From IMG/VR virus record IMGVR_UViG_3300042554_002206: DNA of 20,000 bases. One strand, given 5' to 3'. A program made the translations under genes and the position numbers. This document shows positions 9,181 through 15,912 of the stretch, in pieces. Under the pieces are notes generated by a model, which made no database searches, was not told the DNA's origin, and saw only the letters and a program-made list of their open reading frames with translations. Each line of letters opens with the position of its first letter. Within the stretch, counting starts at the first letter, position 1. Origin of the DNA: an uncultured virus (IMG/VR IMGVR_UViG_3300042554_002206) (Duplodnaviria; Heunggongvirae; Uroviricota; Caudoviricetes).

Positions 9181-9379
9181 TGAGCAGCACCGGGGCGACA
9201 GGGGCCGCTAACCGTTGATACTGCAGGATCTGCACGGCATCGCGCATCAGCAGCACTTGCGAGAACAGCAGCGCACCCCCTGCGACGAGAAGCCACAGCA
9301 ACAAGTGGTTGCCCAGTAGCAGGAGGAAAGCAACCACGGCAGAGTCAATCCTGTTGTTGTCAAGCTGCCGGCAGGGCAT
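9173..9379 (-). CDS. Small putative membrane protein
   Basis: ATG 9379 follows the upstream stop at 9387. Long hydrophobic stretch AVVAFLLLLGNHLLLWLLVAGGALLF. Confidence 0.5.
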   Translation of the reverse strand: MPCRQLDNNRIDSAVVAFLLLLGNHLLLWLLVAGGALLFSQVLLMRDAVQILQYQRLAAPVAPVLLND

Positions 9380-9386
9380 CGGTAAC

Positions 9387-9560
9387 CTACGGGATCGGGT
9401 CGCACCGAAGGACGGTAGCTCCAGGGTGCCGCAGCTCGAAGGTGGTCTTTGATTGTTCGGCTGACCACCCTTTTGGGGTGATCCATTCCATTTGGCTGGG
9501 CGGCTGGTTGGTGGTGAGATGGTCATGGCGGCAGGAGTGGTAAGTGATGAGGTAGACCAT
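9387..9560 (-). CDS. Hypothetical protein (57 aa, absent from the ORF track)
   Basis: Hand translation MVYLITYHSCRHDHLTTNQPPSQMEWITPKGWSAEQ...CDPIP*. Starts 3 nt after the upstream stop and tiles the operon. Confidence 0.55.
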   Translation of the reverse strand: MVYLITYHSCRHDHLTTNQPPSQMEWITPKGWSAEQSKTTFELRHPGATVLRCDPIP

Positions 9561-9563
9561 GGG

Positions 9564-9827
9564 TCATTCCAGCTCTTTGCGGGTGAACGACGGGTAAGCG
9601 GGGAGGTAGCAGGGTTGGCGCCGCTGCGTTTTCGAAGCGCGGGTCAGCACGCCAGCGATCATGTCCAGACGGTTGATCCAGGCGCGGGACGCTTCGTCGC
9701 TTAGTGGCTCGCCGTCTTCGAAGGCGTTGATTTCAATGGCGCGGGCTGTCGCTTCCGCCTGGTCCAGCAGGAAGGCCATTACGGCCACTACCGGGGCTTG
9801 GCGTTGGGTGTGGGGTGTGGGTGGCAT
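9564..9827 (-). CDS. Hypothetical protein ('gene C', intact copy)
   Basis: N-terminal ~70 aa are nearly identical to those of 10658..11107. Confidence 0.65.
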   Translation of the reverse strand: MPPTPHTQRQAPVVAVMAFLLDQAEATARAIEINAFEDGEPLSDEASRAWINRLDMIAGVLTRASKTQRRQPCYLPAYPSFTRKELE

Positions 9828-9861
9828 TGGGGGATGTGGAAGCGTGCATCGGAAAGCACAG

Positions 9862-10620
9862 TTAGGCGGTGCGACTCAAATTGTTGTCTGCTGCCATCAC
9901 GGCTTCTGGGTCCGCAAACCCAAAAAGCGGTAGAAAAAAGAACGGCAGACCCTTGGCACGCATGACGGCGGCACCTTGGATTTCATTGGTTGCCCAGGCC
10001 ACTGCCCAGGCCGCTTCCCAGGCCGCTGCCCTGGCCGCTGCCCTGGCCGCTGCCCTGGCCGCTTCCCTGGCCGCTGCCCTGGCCGCTTCCCAGGCCGCTT
10101 CCCCGGCCGCTTCCCCGGCCGCTTCCCAGGCCGCTTCCCCGGCCGCTTCCCCGGCCGCTTCCCAGGCCGCTTCCCAGGCCGCTGCCCCGGCCGCTTCCCA
10201 GGCCGCTTCCCAGGCCGCTGCCCTGGCCGCTTCCCTGGCCGCTTCCCCGGCCGCTGCCCTGGCCGCTGCTGTCATGCGGTCAAGGTGCCGCCAAAACGCA
10301 AGTACGCACTGCGCTTGGTCACCCAATACTTGTTGGGGTTTGCGAATAACGCTAGTCGGCGCACCATCTTGGCGGTCGTTCACGATGCGCAGCAAAACAG
10401 AATGAGCGCGACTGATACCAAAAAGCTCAGCCACTCGCTTGTCGGCAGCTGCCTGCGTGTAATCGCGCAAAGCTGCTGAAGTTACGCCATCCAAGAAATG
10501 CAGCGCCTGACCCTGTGCGCACATGCACCCATTTTCAGAGACAAGGCTGCCCTTGAAAGGTATGTTTCCAGGCCAATAATCAAGAAGCTCGTTAACAGTT
10601 TTGGGTGTAATAGTTGTCAT
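9862..10620 (-). CDS. Phage protein with Ala-rich tetrapeptide repeat (AAWE/AAGE/AARA), paralog B2
   Basis: Conserved N-domain (YWPG.IPFKGSLV..CMCAQGQ.LH) and C-cap (NEIQGAAVMRAKG..F.FLPLFGF) shared with 11145..11798. ATG 10620 aligns with the paralog start. Confidence 0.8.
   Translation of the reverse strand: MTTITPKTVNELLDYWPGNIPFKGSLVSENGCMCAQGQALHFLDGVTSAALRDYTQAAADKRVAELFGISRAHSVLLRIVNDRQDGAPTSVIRKPQQVLGDQAQCVLAFWRHLDRMTAAARAAAGEAAREAARAAAWEAAWEAAGAAAWEAAWEAAGEAAGEAAWEAAGEAAGEAAWEAARAAAREAARAAARAAARAAAWEAAWAVAWATNEIQGAAVMRAKGLPFFFLPLFGFADPEAVMAADNNLSRTA
9991..10270. repeat. 12-nt coding tandem repeat (ggccgct(t/g)ccc(a/c/t)), about 23 units
   Basis: Directly visible; encodes the tetrapeptide repeat on the - strand. 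Confidence 0.95.
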
Positions 10621-10657
10621 TTTGCAAAAAGGCAAGGTGGATTGGAAAGCGCAGCAA

Positions 10658-11107
10658 TCAAACGCGCAACATGCTGGGATTGCGCTCCGCAGCCGTGGGG
10701 CCCTGGTCGTCGGGCTCGCTGTCGTACTGCTCTTGGGGCAGGTAGACGGTGATCCGGTAGGGGCGACCGTCCTTGTCGTAGCTGGCTAGGTCAGCCTCAA
10801 GGCCAGCGGGCCACGAGGGGTCGCCGACTTTGTCGTTTTCAATGAAAAAGTGCAGGTCGTCGGTGTCACCTTGCTCGATCTGCGTGTCAGTGCAGAGGGG
10901 TTGGCGCCGCTGCGTTTTGGAGGCGCGGGTCAGCACGCCAGCGATCATGTGCAGACGGTTGATCCATGCGCGGGACGCTTCGTCGCTTAGTGGCTCGCCG
11001 TCTTCGAAGGCGTTGATTTCAATGGCGCGGGCTGTCGCTTCCGCCTTTTCCAGCAGGAAGGCCATAACGGCGGCTACCGGCTGCTGGCGGGGGGTGTGAG
11101 TTGGCAT
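10658..11107 (-). CDS. Chimeric hypothetical protein (gene C N-terminus plus gene A C-terminus)
   Basis: First part matches 9564..9827 and second part matches the gene ending at 11846. Start is 11107 by homology (or 11152). Confidence 0.7.
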   Translation of the reverse strand: MPTHTPRQQPVAAVMAFLLEKAEATARAIEINAFEDGEPLSDEASRAWINRLHMIAGVLTRASKTQRRQPLCTDTQIEQGDTDDLHFFIENDKVGDPSWPAGLEADLASYDKDGRPYRITVYLPQEQYDSEPDDQGPTAAERNPSMLRV

Positions 11108-11144
11108 TGGGGGAGGTGGCGGTGTGAGCTGGGAATGGCAGTGA

Positions 11145-11798
11145 TTAGACAACTGCCATCACGGCTTCTGGGTCCGCAAACCCAAAAAGCGGCAGGAAGT
11201 AAAACGCCTGGCCCTTGGCACGCATAACGGCGGCGCCTTGAATTTCGTTTGAGGCCCCTGCGGCGGCCCATGCGGCGTCCCTTGCGGCGTCCCCTGCGGC
11301 GTCCCTTGCGGCGGCCCATGCGGCGGCCCCTGCGGCGGCCCATGCGGCGGCCCCTGCGGCGGCCCATGCGGCGTCCCTTGCGGCGGCCCCTGCGGCGGCC
11401 CCTGCGGCGGCCCATGCGGCGGCCCATGCGGCGGCCCTGTTTTTGTCGTCTATTTGGTCAAGATGCCGCCAAAACGCCAGCACTACATGCGACTGGTCGC
11501 CTAACACCTGTTCGGGATTACGAATGACGCTAGTCGGCGCACCATCTTGTCTGTCGTTGACAATTGCCAGCAAGGCTGAATGGGCGTTACTAATACCAAA
11601 AATCTCGGCGACCCGTTTGTCGGCGTCGCTCTGTTTAATATCGCGCAATTCTTCTACGCTTTTTTTATCCAAAAAATGCAGCACTTGGCCTTGAGCGCAC
11701 ATGCAGGACCCGTCTTCATTGACAAGGCTTCCTTTGAAAGGAATGTGGCCAGGCCAGTAGTCAAGAAGCTCTTCCACTGTCGATGGAGTGGTTTTCAT
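11145..11798 (-). CDS. Phage protein with Ala-rich tetrapeptide repeat (AAWA/AAGA/AARD), paralog B1
   Basis: Paralog of 9862..10620; ATG 11798 (MKTTPST). Confidence 0.8.
   Translation of the reverse strand: MKTTPSTVEELLDYWPGHIPFKGSLVNEDGSCMCAQGQVLHFLDKKSVEELRDIKQSDADKRVAEIFGISNAHSALLAIVNDRQDGAPTSVIRNPEQVLGDQSHVVLAFWRHLDQIDDKNRAAAWAAAWAAAGAAAGAAARDAAWAAAGAAAWAAAGAAAWAAARDAAGDAARDAAWAAAGASNEIQGAAVMRAKGQAFYFLPLFGFADPEAVMAVV
11255..11437. repeat. 12-nt coding tandem repeat (tgcggcg(g/t)ccc(a/c/t)), about 15 units
   Basis: Directly visible. Confidence 0.95.
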
Positions 11799-11845
11799 TT
11801 GAAATAACGAAGAATGGTGTGGTTTAGAAGGCGCAGCAAGATCAA

Positions 11846-12133
11846 TCACCGGCGCAACATGCTGGGGTTGCGCTCCGCAGCCGTGGGGCCCTGATCGTCG
11901 GGCTCGCTGTCGTACTGCTCTTGGGGCAGGTAGACGGTGATCCGGTAGGGGCGACCGTCCTTGTCGTAACTGGCTAGGTCAGCCTCAAGGTCAGCGAGCC
12001 ACGAGGGGTCCCCAACCTTGTCGTTTTCAATGAAGAAGTGCAGGTCGTCGGTGTCACCTTGCTCAATCTGCGTATCAGTGCAGAGGGGATGGCGACCGAT
12101 GGTGGTCAGGGCGTCGGCTAAGGCGGTGGTCAC
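11846..12133 (-). CDS. Acidic hypothetical protein ('gene A', intact copy)
   Basis: C-terminal ~80 aa are nearly identical to those of 10658..11107. GTG 12133 is chosen because a promoter-like sequence and the leader motif lie just upstream. The ORF track starts at 12226. Confidence 0.6.
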   Translation of the reverse strand: MTTALADALTTIGRHPLCTDTQIEQGDTDDLHFFIENDKVGDPSWLADLEADLASYDKDGRPYRITVYLPQEQYDSEPDDQGPTAAERNPSMLRR

Positions 12134-12178
12134 GGGCTGGCTGGCGGTGGTGGCTACCGGGTTCGCCCCGGTCCACAA

Positions 12179-12208
12179 ATCATAAGCCGCATCCCCCGCT
12201 TTCGTAAA
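12179..12208 (-). promoter_or_regulatory. Putative sigma70-type promoter
   Basis: TTTACG-18 nt-TATGAT on the - strand, upstream of gene A. Confidence 0.5.
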
Positions 12209-12296
12209 GCCAAAGGGGCAAAGCACTTAGCGAACCGTCACAATCGGGGCAAAGCCCTTGAAGCGCTATGGCTCCGTGGTCGGTTCGGGTACTTGA

Positions 12297-12785
12297 CTAT
12301 GGGCTAGCCCGCTCCCGGCGCAGGGCCAGTCCCCGCAACGCCAAGGCCACACGCACGTCGTTCAACGATTGATGGCCAAAGTTGCGCAAGCTCAACAGGT
12401 CCGCGCCTGAGAGTTTGACCAGGTCGTCAACGGTGGTGATCCCTTGCCGCTTCAGCGAGCCGTAAGCGTACGCGCCAAGCTCCAGCTCCTGGATAGGCAC
12501 AGTGGCTGGTGGTGCCTGGGATATTTCCAGCCGGACTGCTGCCAGCTCAGTTTCGATGCCATCCAGTCGGGCTTCCAGTGTGATAGGCACCAACGGCTGA
12601 TCTGATGCGCCCATAATTGGCGACTGCTTTTTCTTGGCAATCCGAACTTTCTCCTCCGTCGTGAAGGTAAATCTGCAAGTTTTGCAGATGCAGCGGCGGC
12701 GGATAGCAGCGCAACTGGGCTCGTAGCGAGACTCCAATACACGCCGTTCAAAGCCTTTGCAGTTGGGGTTGGGGCAAGGGAACAT
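12297..12785 (-). CDS. NrdR-like Zn ribbon fused to an RNA polymerase alpha-CTD-like domain
   Basis: CPNPNC...RVLESR...AIRRRCICKTCRFTFTTEE matches the NrdR N-terminus. PIQELEL...SLKRQGITTVDDLV...DLLSLRNFGHQSLNDV matches the alpha-CTD. Confidence 0.85.
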   Translation of the reverse strand: MFPCPNPNCKGFERRVLESRYEPSCAAIRRRCICKTCRFTFTTEEKVRIAKKKQSPIMGASDQPLVPITLEARLDGIETELAAVRLEISQAPPATVPIQELELGAYAYGSLKRQGITTVDDLVKLSGADLLSLRNFGHQSLNDVRVALALRGLALRRERASP

Positions 12786-12816
12786 GGCAATCGGTGGTGG
12801 CTATCTGGTTAAGTAA

Positions 12817-13197
12817 TCAACTGCGAGCCCGTCCAGTCCGTGGCAGCAGTCGCTCCTTCCGCAACCTCAAGCCTCGCAGATGCAAGGCCAGCTGCACTTC
12901 GCCTAGTGAGTTGGGGCCGAAGTTGCGAATGTCCAGAAGGTCAAAGTTGCTGTAGGTGAGCAGTGTGGCCAGGGTGTGGATCCCTTTGCGTCTCAGTGCG
13001 CCGTAGGCCCGCGTTGATAGCTTCAGATCCTCGATTGGCACCGGGGCGGGCTGCGGGTTTATCGCCGCTCTCACCCGCGCCAATTCGGCCTCAATGCGCT
13101 GCAACTGGCGGGCGGATTCGCCGTCTAGTCGTTGGTCGTCGGGACTGGTGGGCGGTTGATCGCGGATTGCGACGCCGCAGTGGGGGCAGGTGAGCAT
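12817..13197 (-). CDS. RNA polymerase alpha-CTD-like domain protein with N-terminal CPHC
   Basis: VPIEDLKLSTRAYGALRRKGIHTL..LL.YS..DLLDIRNFGPNSLGEV. Confidence 0.85.
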   Translation of the reverse strand: MLTCPHCGVAIRDQPPTSPDDQRLDGESARQLQRIEAELARVRAAINPQPAPVPIEDLKLSTRAYGALRRKGIHTLATLLTYSNFDLLDIRNFGPNSLGEVQLALHLRGLRLRKERLLPRTGRARS

Positions 13198-13225
13198 GAC
13201 GGGCGATGGTGGTGGTGCAGCAGGT

Positions 13226-13816
13226 TTAACCCAGGCGCCAGGAGCGGCACTCCAGAAGGCTTGCTCCCTTCACCACAGTTCCGGCCTTGAGAGCCGTCTT
13301 CAGTGCTGTTTTGTCCACCGAGATGGTGGTCTTGCTGTTTTGGTACTCCACGGGCATGTCCTCGGGCTCCATGTCGTCGTCAATTTCAACCTTTGTGACC
13401 TTGGTGCTCTTTAGTTGGTGCGTGGGCAGATCGAACTTGGTTGCGGCAGGCTCCAAGAACAGCAGCCGATCAACCAGCTTCTCGGTCATGGCGTCAGCCT
13501 TGCGGTCGTCAGACTTGGCAAGCTCCATCAAGCGGGCAGCATGGGCGCGGCGGGTGGCGGCCTGATCGGCTAGGCGATTGATCACCCAGCACCAGGAATC
13601 GGCTTTAGCCAGCAAGGCATCTTTGGCGCCTTCGCCAGCGGCTATCAGCGCCTCCAGTTCGGCTTCGGCGGCGGCGACCACCTGAGGATCATCGCTGACC
13701 AGCCCTTCGGCGGCTTCGGTGATGGCGACTTCCAGGCGGTAGGCGTCGCAGGTCAGGGCGTACAGGTTGCTGGGCTTGTCGGTGGCGGTAGCAGGCGTGG
13801 CACTGGTGGTGGTCAT
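13226..13816 (-). CDS. Siphovirus Gp157-like protein
   Basis: N-terminal NLYALT, a long coiled coil, and C-terminal PVEY...VDKTALKTALKAGTVVKGASL. Confidence 0.8.
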   Translation of the reverse strand: MTTTSATPATATDKPSNLYALTCDAYRLEVAITEAAEGLVSDDPQVVAAAEAELEALIAAGEGAKDALLAKADSWCWVINRLADQAATRRAHAARLMELAKSDDRKADAMTEKLVDRLLFLEPAATKFDLPTHQLKSTKVTKVEIDDDMEPEDMPVEYQNSKTTISVDKTALKTALKAGTVVKGASLLECRSWRLG

Positions 13817-13928
13817 CGGTGGTGGCTTCGTATTGCCTTACGTACGATACCATGTGGAAGCCGCAGCGGCTTATGGCCAGCGGCAGGCACGGCACCAATC
13901 CCCAAACTCCATCATCGAGAACGCCACC
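13817..13928. promoter_or_regulatory. Divergent promoter region with operator-like palindrome AAGCCGC-A-GCGGCTT (13858-13872)
   Basis: Intergenic between divergent genes. Contains a perfect 7-bp inverted repeat and an extended -10-like TGGTATCGT on the - strand (13844-13852). Confidence 0.55.
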
Positions 13929-14576
13929 ATGGCAATCACCACCAAGGCCAAAACCCAGGCACCGGAAGAGGCAATCACCATCAAGGCACCCGATTTCAGG
14001 CTCATTGAGATCAAAATCAAGGGCACCAGTCCATTGGTGATCAACAGATTCAGTGCAAAAGCTATGGAGCAGATGAAAGCCACGCAGGAAGCGGGCAGCA
14101 CCGCCAGGGGCAAGAAGGTGCGCGAGGCGAAGGATTTTACCGCTCTTTTCGAGAGCGCCAAGCACGTCGCGGGTGAAGGATGGGAGGGTATCCATGCCGC
14201 TGCATTCAGGAACGGCGCCATTTCCGCCTGTCGTACCGTCGGGGTCAAAATGACCCACGCCAAATTGGCATTCAGCGTGTACGCCGATGGCTTTGACCGG
14301 GTTGACGGCGCCCCTCTGGTCCGGCTGACGGAGGGGGAAGCAGAGGAATGGACGGCCCCTACTCGTAATGCCACGGGCGTAATTGATCTACGCTGCCGTC
14401 CGATGTATCGGGAGTGGGCGGCAAACTTAAGAATCCGGTACGACGCCGGAATGTTTACTTCGGCCGACCTGGTCAACCTGATCAGCCGAGTGGGTCTTCA
14501 GGTTGGTATCGGCGAGGGGCGACCGGACAGCAAAAACAGCGCGGGACTGGGCTTCGGCCTGTTCGAGATCGTCTGA
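13929..14576 (+). CDS. Stand-alone RAMP/Cas7-like RNA-binding protein (215 aa), putative effector of the adjacent array (Vipr-like)
   Basis: RAMP hallmarks in order: first strand plus SPL (IEIKIKGTSPLVIN), helix GIHAAAFRNGAISA, and a terminal Gly-rich loop VGIGEGRPDSKNSAGLGFGLFEI. ATG 13929. No cas1/cas2 or other cas genes nearby. Confidence 0.8.
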   Translation: MAITTKAKTQAPEEAITIKAPDFRLIEIKIKGTSPLVINRFSAKAMEQMKATQEAGSTARGKKVREAKDFTALFESAKHVAGEGWEGIHAAAFRNGAISACRTVGVKMTHAKLAFSVYADGFDRVDGAPLVRLTEGEAEEWTAPTRNATGVIDLRCRPMYREWAANLRIRYDAGMFTSADLVNLISRVGLQVGIGEGRPDSKNSAGLGFGLFEIV

Positions 14577-14613
14577 TTGATCATGGCCCTGGCGATTGCT
14601 TTACGACTGCCAG

Positions 14614-15230
14614 GGCTTGGCATGGCTGGTTAGGCAAGGCGCGGCGTTCCAAGGTTTTGCAGGCATGGCTTTGCAAGGCTCGGCACGATGCGGCAAGGAC
14701 TGGCAGGCGTGGAACGGTCAGGTTGGCCCGGAAGGGCAGGCATGGCTTCGCAAGTCACGGCCTGTGCAGGCATGGCTGGCTAGGTGTGGTCGGGATAGTG
14801 CAAGGTACGGCGATGCAGGCAAGGCAAGGCCCGGAGAGCCACGAACAGGCGAGGCAGGCGAGGTATGGCGTTGCCAGGTCAGTCGCGGCAGGTGAGGCAG
14901 CTATGGATGGGCCAGGATCGGATTGGCAAGCGTGGCGTGGACCGGCATGGTTCTGCTCGGCACTGCAGGCACGGCGTGGCGAGGCCAGGTGCGTTCGAGG
15001 AACGGCATGGCACGGCAGGCATGGTTAGGCAAGGCAGCGATTGGTAGCGCACGGCAGGCAAGGCACGGTAGGCCGGGATTGGCACGGCAGGCATGACAAG
15101 GCACGGCGTGGACTGGAGAGGTGCGGCATCGCAGGCGTGGCTAGGACTGGTTTGTAAGGCATGGCAAGGAAAGGAAGGGCAGGCGTGGCCTGGATTGACG
15201 GCGCAAGGCACCGCAAGGCATTGCCGGCGT
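14614..15230 (+). repeat. Non-coding GGY-NN pentamer array with ~14-15 units, putative guide-RNA precursor
   Basis: 5-nt periodicity, e.g. ggcat gacaa ggcac ggcgt ggact ggaga ggtgc ggcat. GCAGG occurs at 14659, 14703, 14736, 14766, 14815, 14854, 14888, 14965, 15015, 15054, 15087, 15131 and 15179, with variant GCAAG at 14926. Confidence 0.88.
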
Positions 15231-15254
15231 TGTTGCAGATGCCAAATGGCAGCA

Positions 15255-15284
15255 GAATGGGGGCTTGAATGGGCCCCCTCATTC
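15255..15284 (+). other. GC-rich hairpin closing the array
   Basis: GAATG-GGGGC ... GCCCC-(CT)-CATTC inverted repeat without a U-tract. Confidence 0.6.
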
Positions 15285-15302
15285 CCTTTACCCACTGATC
15301 AG

Positions 15303-15860
15303 ATGAATTTCACCAAAGCCGAACCCGAATTCACTTTCAGGATCGAAGATGGCGATGAGGTGCTAGGCATTGATGCCCAGACGGCTGGCAGCGAACTAGA
15401 CCGCATTCGCCGCCGTGATGGCACGATCAAGCCTGCAGCGGTAGTCGATGAAGCCCGCCCCGAAGATGCGCCACTGCACCCGGCGTTTGAATGGCGCGAT
15501 CCGGTGGCGGCCGAGCAATGGCGGGAACATCAGGCCAGCACGCTGATCAAGGTGGTGCGGGTGGTGCCAAGCGCTCAACCGGAAGAGCGGGTGGCATCGG
15601 TGCGGCCGGTGACGCAGGCGATAACGCCAGTCGTTGAGCACTATGACCCGATGACCCGTGAAGTGCAGGAAGCGGTGGGGTCAGTGGTGGAGGCCAGCCG
15701 CAAGGTTGAGCAACTGAAGCTGCGAACCCAGCGGGCGGGTGATCGCCGCAGCATGATGGCCCTTGGCGTTGCGCTTGAGATGTTGCAAGAGGCTCGGGAA
15801 GCGCTCACAAACGGTCAGCTCTCAAGCACATGGGAGCGTGAACCGCAAAAGGTTGGGTAA
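15303..15860 (+). CDS. Conserved-looking phage protein, putative accessory gene of the RAMP-array cassette (185 aa)
   Basis: ATG 15303. ELDRIRRRDG.IKPAAVVDEARPEDAPLHPAFEW.D..AAEQWREHQA..LI resembles a recurrent phage hypothetical family. Co-oriented with the RAMP gene and the array. Confidence 0.8.
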   Translation: MNFTKAEPEFTFRIEDGDEVLGIDAQTAGSELDRIRRRDGTIKPAAVVDEARPEDAPLHPAFEWRDPVAAEQWREHQASTLIKVVRVVPSAQPEERVASVRPVTQAITPVVEHYDPMTREVQEAVGSVVEASRKVEQLKLRTQRAGDRRSMMALGVALEMLQEAREALTNGQLSSTWEREPQKVG

Positions 15861-15876
15861 AAATACCCAAGAGGAC

Positions 15877-15908
15877 GAGGGGGGGGCGGGATGGGCCCCT
15901 CTTTTTTT
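15877..15908 (+). terminator. Putative rho-independent terminator
   Basis: GAGGGG...CCCCTC stem followed by T7, between convergent genes. A second hairpin, TTGGGTA-AAAA-TACCCAA, lies at 15853-15870. Confidence 0.65.
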
Positions 15909-15912
15909 GGCC

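Larger units (their letters stand above)
9612..12088. repeat. Imperfect tandem direct duplication (copy 1 ~9612-10900, copy 2 ~10898-12088)
   Basis: Near-identical blocks 9612-9830 vs 10898-11110 and 10663-10900 vs 11851-12088, with paralogous repeat-protein genes between them. Confidence 0.92.

Noticed and set aside
9869..11527. Alternative-frame repeat ORFs (PGRF, PRPL, RRPM, GRRR)
   Set aside because: They are shadows of the 12-nt repeats. Only the - strand Ala-rich frame has conserved non-repeat flanking domains in both paralogs.
9564..12133. Diversity-generating retroelement template/variable repeat pair
   Set aside because: There is no reverse transcriptase in the window, differences between copies are not confined to adenines, and whole genes are duplicated.
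12297..13197. Genuine nrdR or rpoA genes
   Set aside because: There is no ATP-cone and no alpha N-terminal domain, only isolated domains, so no gene symbols were assigned.
14614..15230. Canonical CRISPR array
   Set aside because: There are no identical 23-50 nt repeats with unique spacers and no cas1/cas2. Constant and variable positions are interleaved.
14414..15302. Several ORFs across the array (14414..15028, 14596..14895, 14879..15295 and the N-terminal extension of 15093..15860)
   Set aside because: They are low-complexity ARHG/AWQG or PCLA translations that arise from a stop-poor 5-nt repeat. A period of 5 is incompatible with codon structure.
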